Source: a virus (taxonomy: Duplodnaviria > Caudoviricetes). Taken from it: 64,000 nt of DNA. The notes beneath the pieces were generated by a model. The model had not been told where the DNA came from. It saw nothing but the letters and a program-made list of their open reading frames with translations, and made no database searches. Location of the stretch: positions 1 to 64,000 of the IMG/VR virus record IMGVR_UViG_3300030376_008307; one strand, given 5' to 3'. The translations under genes were made by a program, and so were the position numbers. Positions 30,910 through 40,867 of this stretch are shown one piece after another; within the stretch, counting starts at the first letter, position 1, and each line of letters opens with the position of its first letter.

Positions 30910-31991
30910 TGATGAAAAAAATATTACTATTACTTTTTATACTTTTTTCTTTAAATTCTTATTCTCAAAATGAGTTAAAGAAAATATTTAAATTTTCAAC
31001 ATTTTATGCTGCAGCAAATGGAGGAACTTCTCTCTCTAATGTTGATGTTTATTCAGTTACAGATGGTTTAACAACAACTACAATAGAAACACCATTTGAT
31101 TATTCACTAGCATTAGGAGTTAGAAAAATAGCTAGAATGGGTTATGAACCTAAAGAAGCATTTAAAAATGGTCAAGAAAACTCATTTTCAGATGCTGCTA
31201 CTATTGGTAAAGTTAAAGGATTTGAATTTTTATTTGAAGTTGATTATAAAAGACAAGAAGGGATTGAATATTTAGACCAACATCATTTTTTAAGATATGT
31301 TAATGATAGTTGGATTGCTAAAGTAGAATATTTACAAGATGGGTTTGCTGATATTGAGTATTTTGAAGCATCACAAAGATATAGATACCAAGTAGAAGCA
31401 TTAGAAAGTCTACCAGGTGAATTAGGAAAAGGAAAATTATCAATTAATGTAGGAGCTGTACAACGTTTATCAGAACCTTATGGTTATGATCCATTAGAGG
31501 AATGGAAGTTATCAAATGGTAATTTACATTATACTTATTTAGCATTAGAAGAGGGTTATAATGCTAATTTTATTTCACATGATATTATTCAATATTTAGA
31601 TCCACAAGGAAATATAGTAGCAGAAAATAATGAAGTTTGGGAAGCAGTTGTCATCCCACAGGTATTAGCTGACTACACTGAGAAAAAAAGAGACCAACAA
31701 GATAATACTATACAACATTCATTAGTTGTTGGGTTTGATTATTATTACTACACAAAATCATTTTGGTTACACTCATGGGGTAACTTAATGCCATGGCATT
31801 ATGATGATGGTAGTGAATTTTCATATCATAATTTTAATGATGGTGAACAATGGTACGATTATTCAGGTGGTTTAATATTTGGATACAAATACAATAAAAA
31901 TTTAGGAGTATTTATAGAAGGAAAATATAATAAATACTGGAATAGAGAATGGCATGACTTTTCTGTAGGAATGAATTATATAATATTTTAA
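30909..31991 (+). CDS. Putative outer-membrane beta-barrel protein
   Basis: Bacteroidota-style signal peptide MKKILLLLFILFSLNSYSQ; aromatic alternating strands; C-terminal FSVGMNYIIF beta-signal. Confidence 0.65.
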   Translation: MMKKILLLLFILFSLNSYSQNELKKIFKFSTFYAAANGGTSLSNVDVYSVTDGLTTTTIETPFDYSLALGVRKIARMGYEPKEAFKNGQENSFSDAATIGKVKGFEFLFEVDYKRQEGIEYLDQHHFLRYVNDSWIAKVEYLQDGFADIEYFEASQRYRYQVEALESLPGELGKGKLSINVGAVQRLSEPYGYDPLEEWKLSNGNLHYTYLALEEGYNANFISHDIIQYLDPQGNIVAENNEVWEAVVIPQVLADYTEKKRDQQDNTIQHSLVVGFDYYYYTKSFWLHSWGNLMPWHYDDGSEFSYHNFNDGEQWYDYSGGLIFGYKYNKNLGVFIEGKYNKYWNREWHDFSVGMNYIIF

Positions 31992-31994
31992 AAA

Positions 31995-32276
31995 ATGGCA
32001 AAAGAATTAAGTGAAAACACAAGTTTTAATGTTAGTATACAAACTTTAATAGGTATAGGATTTGCCATTACTACAGTAGTAGGTATGTGGTTTGCATTAC
32101 AAGCAGATATTGAAGAAGCAAAAGAATTACCTGTTCCACCTCCCCCAGCTATTACTAGAATGGAATTTGATATGAAAGATCAATTAGTAAGACAAACCAT
32201 TATGGATACCCAAAAAGATGTAGAAGAAATTAAGGAAACTTTAGAAAAAATAGAAGATAAATTATACGGTAGATAA
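31995..32276 (+). CDS. Single-pass membrane protein with coiled coil
   Basis: Hydrophobic LIGIGFAITTVVGMWFAL segment, then Pro-rich linker and heptad tail. Confidence 0.6.
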   Translation: MAKELSENTSFNVSIQTLIGIGFAITTVVGMWFALQADIEEAKELPVPPPPAITRMEFDMKDQLVRQTIMDTQKDVEEIKETLEKIEDKLYGR

Positions 32277-32280
32277 TTAT

Positions 32281-32625
32281 ATGAAATTTTTTAATAAAAA
32301 TATTTGCTTAACTTCACCCACAACTATAATGATTATAGTTGCTTTACTATTTAGTACAATAGTACTTGCTAATGTGTTGTCAAAAGAAGAAGTTGAATTA
32401 GTAGAAATCAAAAGTAGTGATGAAGAGGAAATGTGGGTTCCTACTAAAGAAGATATAGCATATCAAGATAGTATGTATATTATAATTAGAAATACTCAAA
32501 ATGATATAACAGATATTAAAAAAGATATAGTATATATTTTAGAGAGGTTAGATTACGAAGATGGTTCCTGGGATAGTATTAGATATGTAAAAGGTGGGAA
32601 AATCGATAAACGTAGAAACCAATAA
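32281..32625 (+). CDS. Membrane-anchored/secreted hypothetical protein
   Basis: N-terminal hydrophobic segment. Confidence 0.5.
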   Translation: MKFFNKNICLTSPTTIMIIVALLFSTIVLANVLSKEEVELVEIKSSDEEEMWVPTKEDIAYQDSMYIIIRNTQNDITDIKKDIVYILERLDYEDGSWDSIRYVKGGKIDKRRNQ

Positions 32626-32626
32626 T

Positions 32627-33007
32627 ATGAAAAAAGATTACACATCAGTAAAAATATTTGGAGGATATTTATTAATATTACTCCTTATGTTAATTTCAAA
32701 TACAGCAAATGGTCAATCTCCTTGTGAAGATGAGGGTTTATGTGTAGTACAATTTAATGCTGGGTTTAATGAAGCAAATAAAGTACTTTGGGTTGATAAA
32801 TTAAATGATTGTTCTAAAAAATTTATTGACATTCAAACTGATACTGAAGCAGCAAGTAAATATAAAATAGTAGTTGTTCCTACAATTGTAATATATAGTG
32901 ATGGAGAAGAAGTTGGGAGATTTCAGGCAAATATTATGATGCAAATGGAAGCAACTAAAAAAGATGTACAAGAGAAGATTGATGAAATTATAATGTCAGA
33001 TTTTTAA
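32627..33007 (+). CDS. Secreted thioredoxin-fold protein lacking CxxC
   Basis: Signal peptide; VVQFNAGFN, YKIVVVPTIVIYSDGEEVGRF thioredoxin-fold motifs. Confidence 0.65.
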   Translation: MKKDYTSVKIFGGYLLILLLMLISNTANGQSPCEDEGLCVVQFNAGFNEANKVLWVDKLNDCSKKFIDIQTDTEAASKYKIVVVPTIVIYSDGEEVGRFQANIMMQMEATKKDVQEKIDEIIMSDF

Positions 33008-33017
33008 AAAATAAACA

Positions 33018-36000
33018 ATGAAAAAATTACAGTTATTATTATTAACACTTTTAATACCTTTTTTAGGTTACACACAAAATTCCTGGATTCACATACAATT
33101 AATGACAGACGATTATCCGTCTGAAACAAGTTGGAATATTACACCTCCTGGTGGTTCACCTATTATTATAGAAAATGATAGTAATATGCTACCTAATACA
33201 ATGTATGATACTATTGTTCAACTTGGTGGTACTATTATTGCAAGCATATATGATGAATTTGGTGATGGTTTAAGCTCAGCTCCATTTGGTGGAACTGATG
33301 GTTGGTTTATGATTAGCAATTCATGTCAAGATACTTTAATGTATGTTGCTGGTAATTTTGGAGATAGTTTAGTACAAACATTAACTGTTGCCCCTTGTGC
33401 TCCTCCTACATTTGGTTGTTTAGATCCTAATGGATTAAACTATGACTCAACAGCATACTTTCCTGGTCCTTGTACATACCCAACTTGTGGTGGGCTTTTA
33501 TCTGATACTGTACAACAAACTTGTCTACCAACAGGACAAACATTAGTTCAATTCTTTTGGCAAAACGATATATCAAACGGTAATTGCAATCCAGTTAGAT
33601 TTTGGTATTGGAATGAAAATGGTGTTGGTCCTTTTCAATATGGACTTGGTCCTAATCAACAAGATTTTGCAGTATATGCTGGTAATGGTCAAATGCCACC
33701 TAATTGGAGTGTAGAACATTATGGTATGGTAGAATTTGCAGATAGTACTTTTTCAGATACTATGGCATATACTCCTACTTCATGTATAGCAGGATGTACA
33801 GATCCAACACAACCTACATTTAATCCATGGGCTACATTTGACGATGGTTCATGTGCAGGTACAACTTGTGATACTAATACAACTTATCAAATTACAATGG
33901 AAATTACATTTGATAATTGGCCAAGTGAAACTGGTTGGACTATGAATAGTGGTCCTTATGGTATATTGCAAGAAGAACTTCCTGGTGCATATAATTTTAA
34001 CGATATAGGTCAAACTTACACTTACACTTTTTGTGTAGACCAAGCAGCAGGTTTTGAATTAATTGTAACAGACACTTATGGTGATGGAATGGCAGGGACT
34101 ACTTCTGGTGGTTCATTAGATGGTATGATTGTTATTTATGATTGTTTAGGAGACACTATTTGGTATATGGATAATCCTGGATTTGGTAGTACATTATATT
34201 CAGGACAACAATTTGGTGTACCATGTTTATCAGTTCCTCCTGTATATGGTTGTATGGATGATGATTATCAAGAATATGATCCATTAGCTACGGTTGATGA
34301 CAGTTCATGTGTAAATTTACACGTTTATGGTTGTACTGATCCTTCTGCTTTTAATTATAATCCTAATGCAACTATTAATGATATAGTGCCTGATTGTCAA
34401 TATCAATTATGGATTGGAGACGCTGGAGGTGATGGTTGGGGTAATTCATATTTAGGTGTTTATCAAAATGGAATTAATTTTGGAACATTTACAATGGGTC
34501 CTGGTAGTTATCAAGATTCATTTTTATTAGTATTAGACGCTGGTATACCAGTTAATGTATATTATTTTGAAGTTGGTGGACCACAACAACCACCAGAAGA
34601 AGTACAATTTCAAACATGGCATAATTCATTTAAATTAACAAATGCAGATGGTGTTGTATTAATGCATGAAGGTACTAATCCTTTTGCTAACAATGGTCAA
34701 GGTGCATTACAATCATTCCAATCACCATTTTGGACAACATATACAGCTATACCTTTCTGTGGTGATTATTGTATTCCTACAGTATTAGGTTGTATGGATT
34801 CACTAGCATTTAATTATGATTCTACAGCTAATGTAGATGATGGTTCATGTATACCTTACATTTTAGGTTGTATGAATGTATTTGCAATAAACTTTAACCC
34901 ATTAGCTAACGTTGATGATGGTTCTTGTATACCATTTATTAATGGGTGTACTGATCCAACAGCAGATAATTACAACCCACTTGCTAACACTGATGATGGT
35001 TCATGTTATTACATTGGTTGTATGGATGTAGCTGCTTGTAATTTTGATTCAACAGCAACAGTAAATAATGGATGTCAATATCCAGCACAATATTATGATT
35101 GTAATAATGTATGTTTATTAGATTCAGATGGTGATGGTATTTGTGATGAATTAGAAATACCTGGTTGTACTAATCCTATTGCTTTAAATTTTGATATTAC
35201 AGCAACAGATGATGATGGTTCTTGTATTTTACCAATTTATGGATGTACAGATCCATTAGCATTTAACTATAATCCATTAGCAAACACAGACAATGGATCT
35301 TGCATACCTGTTGTATTTGGTTGTACTGACCTTACAGCTTTAAATTATGATCCTCTAGCAAATACAGATAATGGGTCTTGCATACCTTATATTTATGGTT
35401 GTACAGATTCAACTGCATTTAATTATAATCCTCTAGCAAACACTGATAATGGATCCTGTATTTCTTTAATTTATGGTTGTACTGATTCTACTGCTTTAAA
35501 TTATAATCCATTAGCAAATACAAATGATAATTCTTGTATAGCAGTAATTTTAGGATGTACTGATTCTACAGCAATTAATTATAATTCATTGGCAAATACT
35601 GATGATGGTTCATGTATAGCTACGGTATTAGGTTGTACAGATCCAACAGCATTTAATTATAACCCACTTGCTAATGTAAATGATGGTTCATGTGTACCAT
35701 ACGTTTATGGTTGTACTGATCCTACTCAATTTAACTATGATCCTTTAGCAAATAGTGATGATGGTAGTTGTATTCCTTATATTTACGGTTGTATGGATGC
35801 AACAGCATTTAACTATAACCCATTAGCAAATACTGACAATGGATCTTGCATACCAGTAATATTTGGTTGTACGGATTCTATAGCATTAAATTATGATCCT
35901 TTAGCAAATACAGACAATGGAACTTGTATTTTACCTATAACAGGATGTACAGATGTTTCAGCATATAATTATGATCCTTTAGCTAATACCTCAGATTCAA

Positions 36001-36407
36001 CAGCATGTTTATATGATGCTGGTTGTTATGGAGGACCTGGAATACCATATTGGTTAAATGATGGATGTTATGCTTGGGTAATTAGTGTAGATGATTATTG
36101 TTGTACTAATGATTGGGATCCTACATGCCAATCAATGTATGATTATTGTCAATTAGGTTGGCCAACTAATATTCCTGATGTTTCGGCTTTAGGTATAGTT
36201 GTTTATCCTAACCCAACAAGAGGATTAATTCATATAGAAACTAGATTAGAAATAGAAGTTGAACTTTACGATATGACTGGTAAATTATTAATTAAATCTA
36301 ATAATGCTTCTAATAGAATTGATATAAATGATTTCCCTTCAGGTATTTATAATATGACAATAATATATGAAGATAAAAGATATAGTAAAAGAATAATTAA
36401 AAATTAA
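33018..36407 (+). CDS. Large Cys-rich repeat surface protein with T9SS (Por) type-A C-terminal sorting domain
   Basis: Signal peptide; about 19 GCTDxxAxNYxxxAxxDDGSC repeats; C-terminal VYPNP...LYDMTGK...PSGIY...KRIIK. Confidence 0.85.
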   Translation: MKKLQLLLLTLLIPFLGYTQNSWIHIQLMTDDYPSETSWNITPPGGSPIIIENDSNMLPNTMYDTIVQLGGTIIASIYDEFGDGLSSAPFGGTDGWFMISNSCQDTLMYVAGNFGDSLVQTLTVAPCAPPTFGCLDPNGLNYDSTAYFPGPCTYPTCGGLLSDTVQQTCLPTGQTLVQFFWQNDISNGNCNPVRFWYWNENGVGPFQYGLGPNQQDFAVYAGNGQMPPNWSVEHYGMVEFADSTFSDTMAYTPTSCIAGCTDPTQPTFNPWATFDDGSCAGTTCDTNTTYQITMEITFDNWPSETGWTMNSGPYGILQEELPGAYNFNDIGQTYTYTFCVDQAAGFELIVTDTYGDGMAGTTSGGSLDGMIVIYDCLGDTIWYMDNPGFGSTLYSGQQFGVPCLSVPPVYGCMDDDYQEYDPLATVDDSSCVNLHVYGCTDPSAFNYNPNATINDIVPDCQYQLWIGDAGGDGWGNSYLGVYQNGINFGTFTMGPGSYQDSFLLVLDAGIPVNVYYFEVGGPQQPPEEVQFQTWHNSFKLTNADGVVLMHEGTNPFANNGQGALQSFQSPFWTTYTAIPFCGDYCIPTVLGCMDSLAFNYDSTANVDDGSCIPYILGCMNVFAINFNPLANVDDGSCIPFINGCTDPTADNYNPLANTDDGSCYYIGCMDVAACNFDSTATVNNGCQYPAQYYDCNNVCLLDSDGDGICDELEIPGCTNPIALNFDITATDDDGSCILPIYGCTDPLAFNYNPLANTDNGSCIPVVFGCTDLTALNYDPLANTDNGSCIPYIYGCTDSTAFNYNPLANTDNGSCISLIYGCTDSTALNYNPLANTNDNSCIAVILGCTDSTAINYNSLANTDDGSCIATVLGCTDPTAFNYNPLANVNDGSCVPYVYGCTDPTQFNYDPLANSDDGSCIPYIYGCMDATAFNYNPLANTDNGSCIPVIFGCTDSIALNYDPLANTDNGTCILPITGCTDVSAYNYDPLANTSDSTACLYDAGCYGGPGIPYWLNDGCYAWVISVDDYCCTNDWDPTCQSMYDYCQLGWPTNIPDVSALGIVVYPNPTRGLIHIETRLEIEVELYDMTGKLLIKSNNASNRIDINDFPSGIYNMTIIYEDKRYSKRIIKN
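34786..36006 (+). repeat. Tandem ~78-nt (26-aa) Cys-rich repeats
   Basis: Repeated ggttgtac.gat...aattataatcc...gcaaa.ac.ga..atgg.tc.tg units. Confidence 0.9.
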
Positions 36408-36411
36408 AACT

Positions 36412-36636
36412 ATGAGTTGGAAAGAAATTTTTAAAGATGAAAATGAATATAATGAAAAATCTATAGTTGGTTTCATTGCATTCCTAATGATGGTAGTTGT
36501 AATGGTAGCTGATTTAATAACAGGATGGATTGGAAAAGACTTAGTAATAAATGAATATATTTATGATTCATTTGTAATAGTAGTATTGGGGTGTTTTGGT
36601 ATTGCTGGTTTAGAAAAATTCGCAAATAGAAAATAA
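36412..36636 (+). CDS. Small two-TM membrane protein (holin candidate)
   Basis: 74 aa with two hydrophobic helices and basic C-terminus. Confidence 0.5.
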   Translation: MSWKEIFKDENEYNEKSIVGFIAFLMMVVVMVADLITGWIGKDLVINEYIYDSFVIVVLGCFGIAGLEKFANRK

Positions 36637-36637
36637 T

Positions 36638-37480
36638 ATGAAAGAATTAAAAAACTTTAGAGCATTTCTTAATGAAGCTAATCCAGATGGAACTGTTTCT
36701 CAAGGTGAAGAAAAACAAGCACAAGCTGTAATTGATCAATTTACTAGACAATTAATGGTTGAAATGAATAAAGCAGTAAAAGCTTTAGAACAAGTAGGAG
36801 GATCATTTAGATCACCAGGGTATAAATTAGATTTATATAAAGCTGTAGACCAAATAGTTAATCAATTTAAACCTTCATATTTAGCTGAAGGTCATAGTTT
36901 AAGTGACTCCGACATAGATTATTTAGAAGATTTTATTAATAGATCATCAAATGAAGATAATGTAATACTAAGACGTATTATTAAAAATATTATCAAAACT
37001 AATATTAAACCTGTAAAAGAACAAAAAACAATTACAGAATTTGTTGGTAAAGAATTAGAAGATAGAAACGAACCTTTATATGATAAATTAGTACCTGGAC
37101 AAGGAGATGCTGAAACAGTAGAAGGTGAAATGTTAAGAGCTATTAATAGAATTGTTTATCGTTTTTATAATGATGGAGATAAATATTTTCAAGGATATGG
37201 TACTGAAACAGCAGGTCCTGCTCATTCATTTTTAGTTAATGCAAACCACCCTTTAAAATCAGCAATGATTAAACTCTTTGATGAACCATCTGGAGATAAT
37301 TCTTATGAAAGAATGCTTAAAGATGTATTAGATATGATTTTAGATTATATTGAATCAAGACAAGGTAAATATACTAAAAATACATTAGGTGGTATGTTTG
37401 ATTATGAACCTGAATTTGAAGAAGAGGAAGAGGATGATGATGATTACACATATGATTATGATGATGAAGACGATTATTAA
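36638..37480 (+). CDS. Hypothetical protein, probable internal head protein
   Basis: N-terminal FRAFLNE, further LxE/IxE motifs, acidic tail. Confidence 0.45.
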   Translation: MKELKNFRAFLNEANPDGTVSQGEEKQAQAVIDQFTRQLMVEMNKAVKALEQVGGSFRSPGYKLDLYKAVDQIVNQFKPSYLAEGHSLSDSDIDYLEDFINRSSNEDNVILRRIIKNIIKTNIKPVKEQKTITEFVGKELEDRNEPLYDKLVPGQGDAETVEGEMLRAINRIVYRFYNDGDKYFQGYGTETAGPAHSFLVNANHPLKSAMIKLFDEPSGDNSYERMLKDVLDMILDYIESRQGKYTKNTLGGMFDYEPEFEEEEEDDDDYTYDYDDEDDY

Positions 37481-37491
37481 TATTTAAAATT

Positions 37492-38100
37492 ATGGACTGT
37501 TACACAAGAGAACAAATAGAAAATGCTATGGCTTTAAAAGGCTATAGATATTTTAAGTCAGGAGATCTTAATCTTAATATTATAGGAGTTAGAAATTCAG
37601 AAACAAAGGGTAGAGTTACAAATGCTTTTGATGATTGTATTACTTTATCTTATAAATTAGATGGCGAATGGAAATTCCATTGTTTTAAATGTACAACAGA
37701 TCCAGGAACCCATTGGGTTGAAAATTTACTTAATCCTAATGGAGTAGCAATATTAAAACCAAATCAATATAGAGGTTCTCACAAAATAGGTTTACATCAA
37801 GGTAAATATGAAGCATTAAGACAACAAAAACCATTAGAAGTTTATCGTGATGATAACCAGGATGGGATTTATGATTGTTTAGAAGAAGATGTTGAAAAGG
37901 GTATTTTTGGAATTAATATTCATAGAGCAACAGCTAAAACTGGGGGTAAATCAACAAGAATAGATAAATGGTCAGCTGGTTGTCAAGTAATAGCATCAAA
38001 TGATGATTTTGCTGTGTTTATGAAAATATGTAATCAAGCAAAAGATCTTTGGGGTAATTCATTTACTTATACTCTTATTGAGTCAAAAGATATTATTTAA
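37492..38100 (+). CDS. Putative endolysin with YkuD/L,D-transpeptidase-like active site
   Basis: GINIHRA...WSAGCQV (H...SxGC) and TTDPG motifs. Confidence 0.6.
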   Translation: MDCYTREQIENAMALKGYRYFKSGDLNLNIIGVRNSETKGRVTNAFDDCITLSYKLDGEWKFHCFKCTTDPGTHWVENLLNPNGVAILKPNQYRGSHKIGLHQGKYEALRQQKPLEVYRDDNQDGIYDCLEEDVEKGIFGINIHRATAKTGGKSTRIDKWSAGCQVIASNDDFAVFMKICNQAKDLWGNSFTYTLIESKDII

Positions 38101-38114
38101 TTAAAATTAAAGTT

Positions 38115-39302
38115 ATGTGGAAAAACATCCAAGTGAGATTATTTCCTCTGTTAATTGCATTTTCTGCATTATCAGTTTCATTATCAGCAGCATTTTATTC
38201 AATTAGTGGTTTAAGTAAATTATTTGCTGGAGCTGCATTTGCCGTTATAGTAATGGCGGCATCATTAGAAATAGCTAAATTGGTTATAGCATCTCTTTTA
38301 TATCAATATAGAAAAACATTACCTAAATTATTAAAATATTACTTATCTATTGCCTGTGTAGTGTTAATATTAATTACTTCTATGGGGATTTATGGATTTT
38401 TATCTGCAGCATATCAAGAAACAGCTGCAAAATCAGGAAATATAGATGCACAAATTACTTTGATAGAAACTAAAAGAGATAATGTAAAAGAACAACTAGT
38501 TGTATATAATGAAGAAAAATCAAGTATAAATAATTCTGTAACGAGTTTACGTAATGGTTTAAGTAACAATGTAATACAGTATACAGACACAAGTGGTAAT
38601 ATAGTTACAACAACTTCCTCATCAACTCGTAGAGCTTTAGAAAAACAATTAGATCAAGCTATTGAAAGACAAACAATAGTAAATTCTAAAATTGATGATT
38701 TAAATGATAAAATATTCCAATATGAAACTGAAATAGTTGAAGTAAAAACTAGTGATGCTGTTTCTAGTGAGTTAGGACCTCTAAAATACCTATCAGGATT
38801 AACTGGAACTCCTATGGATAAAATTATTAATTGGTTACTTTTAACTATAATTTTTGTATTTGATCCTTTAGCAATTGCTTTAGTAGTAGCAGCTAATTTT
38901 GCTTTTGATCAAATTAAATCACCTAAATTTATCCCACAACCTATAAGAATAAGACAACCTAAAAAGGTAAAAATGTCAGTTCCTGAAGGTATGGAATTTG
39001 GTAAATCTTACCCAATACCCTCTTTTGATTTAAAACAACGAGTAAAAGAAAGTCAAGAAAAATTAAAAATAACACCTGAAGAAGAAAAAAGAATGGATGT
39101 TATAGGTCAAAATGGTAATGAAGGATTACATTATGATGAATATGATTTAAATAAAGATGGAATAATTGATGAAGAAGAATCAAAATATATGGAAGCTGTC
39201 GAAAATTTAAAAAAAGAAAAAGAAAATAAAGGATTTGATTCTACTTGGTATTTTAAAAAACTTAAAGAAATACCTAAACCAACACCAAAAAATAATAAGT
39301 GA
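38115..39302 (+). CDS. Multi-pass membrane protein with periplasmic coiled coil
   Basis: Three N-terminal TM segments, long heptad region, further TM segment IIFVFDPLAIALV. Confidence 0.6.
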   Translation: MWKNIQVRLFPLLIAFSALSVSLSAAFYSISGLSKLFAGAAFAVIVMAASLEIAKLVIASLLYQYRKTLPKLLKYYLSIACVVLILITSMGIYGFLSAAYQETAAKSGNIDAQITLIETKRDNVKEQLVVYNEEKSSINNSVTSLRNGLSNNVIQYTDTSGNIVTTTSSSTRRALEKQLDQAIERQTIVNSKIDDLNDKIFQYETEIVEVKTSDAVSSELGPLKYLSGLTGTPMDKIINWLLLTIIFVFDPLAIALVVAANFAFDQIKSPKFIPQPIRIRQPKKVKMSVPEGMEFGKSYPIPSFDLKQRVKESQEKLKITPEEEKRMDVIGQNGNEGLHYDEYDLNKDGIIDEEESKYMEAVENLKKEKENKGFDSTWYFKKLKEIPKPTPKNNK

Positions 39303-39490
39303 AAGAATTTGTTAAATTTGTACTAATTTGGATTAGTCAACAATTAGCTATTCCTTTTTGGGTAGTAGGCCATGTTCATTTATCATTAAATACTTATGGA
39401 GATATTAAAGAAATAATTGCATCTTTAGGTATGAATGTATTAGTTGCTATAGGATTTTGGTTAGATTGGTTGAAGACTTCCCGTAAATGA
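39299..39490 (+). CDS. Small membrane protein
   Basis: GTG start overlapping the previous stop; hydrophobic. Confidence 0.5.
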   Translation: MKEFVKFVLIWISQQLAIPFWVVGHVHLSLNTYGDIKEIIASLGMNVLVAIGFWLDWLKTSRK

Positions 39491-39532
39491 TTTGGAAAAG
39501 CAAGATATTTTTCGTATATTTACCCTGTAAAT
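39491..39532 (+). promoter_or_regulatory. Early/middle promoter TTTGG-N17-CGTATATT, cassette copy 1
   Basis: Shares an exact 22-nt TTCGTATATTTACCCTGTAAAT with 42638 and 45106. Confidence 0.8.
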
Positions 39533-39563
39533 GAGTTACAAACAATTAAATTAAATAAAGGTT

Positions 39564-39728
39564 ATGACAGTAAATCCAACAATAAATCATCATTTGTTAT
39601 TAGAAAATAGATTAAATCAATTATTACGTGATAAACAGTTATCCAAAGACGTATGGAGGGATTTAATGGATTGTCTTAAATTACAGAGTAAATTAGAATT
39701 TAAAAAAATTAAATTAAATAAAAAATAA
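39564..39728 (+). CDS. Small hypothetical protein (54 aa; not in ORF track)
   Basis: ATG after the promoter in AAAGGTTATG context; fills the gap. Confidence 0.5.
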   Translation: MTVNPTINHHLLLENRLNQLLRDKQLSKDVWRDLMDCLKLQSKLEFKKIKLNKK

Positions 39729-39729
39729 T

Positions 39730-40143
39730 ATGAGTAGAGGTAGACCATCAGAAAATGTTGAACGTAAAACTAAATATACTTTAGAATTTTTTGATTATCC
39801 ATCAAAACCTGAATTAGGAGGTAGATCTATTTGGTATTTTGATGATAAAAAAAATAAAAAAGGAGCTTGGAAAGTAGAACAATTTTTCCCCAAGGATGAA
39901 AAATTAAAAAAACCTAAAATAGATAAAGGTAAAGCATATGGGAAAATGCCTGTTGTTATGGTTTTTAAAACCTCAAATCGTTCTAATGCTAAGACTAAAA
40001 TGAAAGTATGGAATAATGAAAATATTGATTATATTTTAACAGCTAAAAAACTACCAGGTGTTCCTGAAAAAGCAGAAATATTAGATATTGGTGTGGGTTC
40101 ATCATTTATTAAGGAATATGGTAAAAAATATAATCTAGCTTAA
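39730..40143 (+). CDS. Basic hypothetical protein
   Basis: 137-aa ORF. Confidence 0.55.
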   Translation: MSRGRPSENVERKTKYTLEFFDYPSKPELGGRSIWYFDDKKNKKGAWKVEQFFPKDEKLKKPKIDKGKAYGKMPVVMVFKTSNRSNAKTKMKVWNNENIDYILTAKKLPGVPEKAEILDIGVGSSFIKEYGKKYNLA

Positions 40144-40174
40144 TTCTCACATATTTATAACAAAATACAAAAAC

Positions 40175-40861
40175 ATGGATAATTTTGACCTTAAAAAGTT
40201 TGTTAGCGAAAAAACGTTATTAAACGAAAATGCACCTGGATTTTATGATAGAAAATCAGGAGAGCCATTACCAACACTAGAAAGTGTACAAGCTGCTTAT
40301 GAAGCTAAAAAAGCTGAAGATGTAAAAGATGAAAAAGAAGTTGCTAAAAAAGTAGAAAAAGTACTAAAAGATGAAGGTGGGGCTGCTGGGTTCGATCCAT
40401 TTGAAGACTTAGCAGATGAATTAGGTATATCAAAATTAAAAATGATGAAAATTATTGATGCAATGTCTAAAGTTAAAAAACATAAAGATGGAGACTATAT
40501 ATTAACTCCACTTACTGAAGGCATCATTAATGAAGGTAAAAAATCTGAATTAGATAAAAAATTAGCTGAAATAGATAAAGCAGGAACTATTACTACTTTA
40601 GAAGCTAAAATTGCAGCTATTGATGAAGCTATTGAAGCTAAAAATAGTAGAATTAATATGGTTCAAGAAGATGAAAATTTATCAGAATTAATAGATAAAA
40701 AAAGAGTTAAAGAAATGCAAAAAGAAATCAAACTCTTAGAAAGATCTAAAAAACTATATGAAAAGCAATTAGATAAAGCAAATGGTAAGAAAAAAGCTAA
40801 GAAAGAAATTGTAGATGAATATGGTACAGATACAATGGATGAAAGAGAATATAAATATTAA
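40175..40861 (+). CDS. Hypothetical protein, probable internal head protein
   Basis: Late-type motif at 40151; MDNFDLKKF...LLNE; coiled coil. Confidence 0.5.
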   Translation: MDNFDLKKFVSEKTLLNENAPGFYDRKSGEPLPTLESVQAAYEAKKAEDVKDEKEVAKKVEKVLKDEGGAAGFDPFEDLADELGISKLKMMKIIDAMSKVKKHKDGDYILTPLTEGIINEGKKSELDKKLAEIDKAGTITTLEAKIAAIDEAIEAKNSRINMVQEDENLSELIDKKRVKEMQKEIKLLERSKKLYEKQLDKANGKKKAKKEIVDEYGTDTMDEREYKY

Positions 40862-40867
40862 AATAAT

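Noticed and set aside
34786-36006. 78-nt repeats as CRISPR or diversity-generating retroelement template/variable repeats
   Set aside because: Variation is mainly synonymous or conservative and not adenine-specific; no reverse transcriptase or cas genes in the window.
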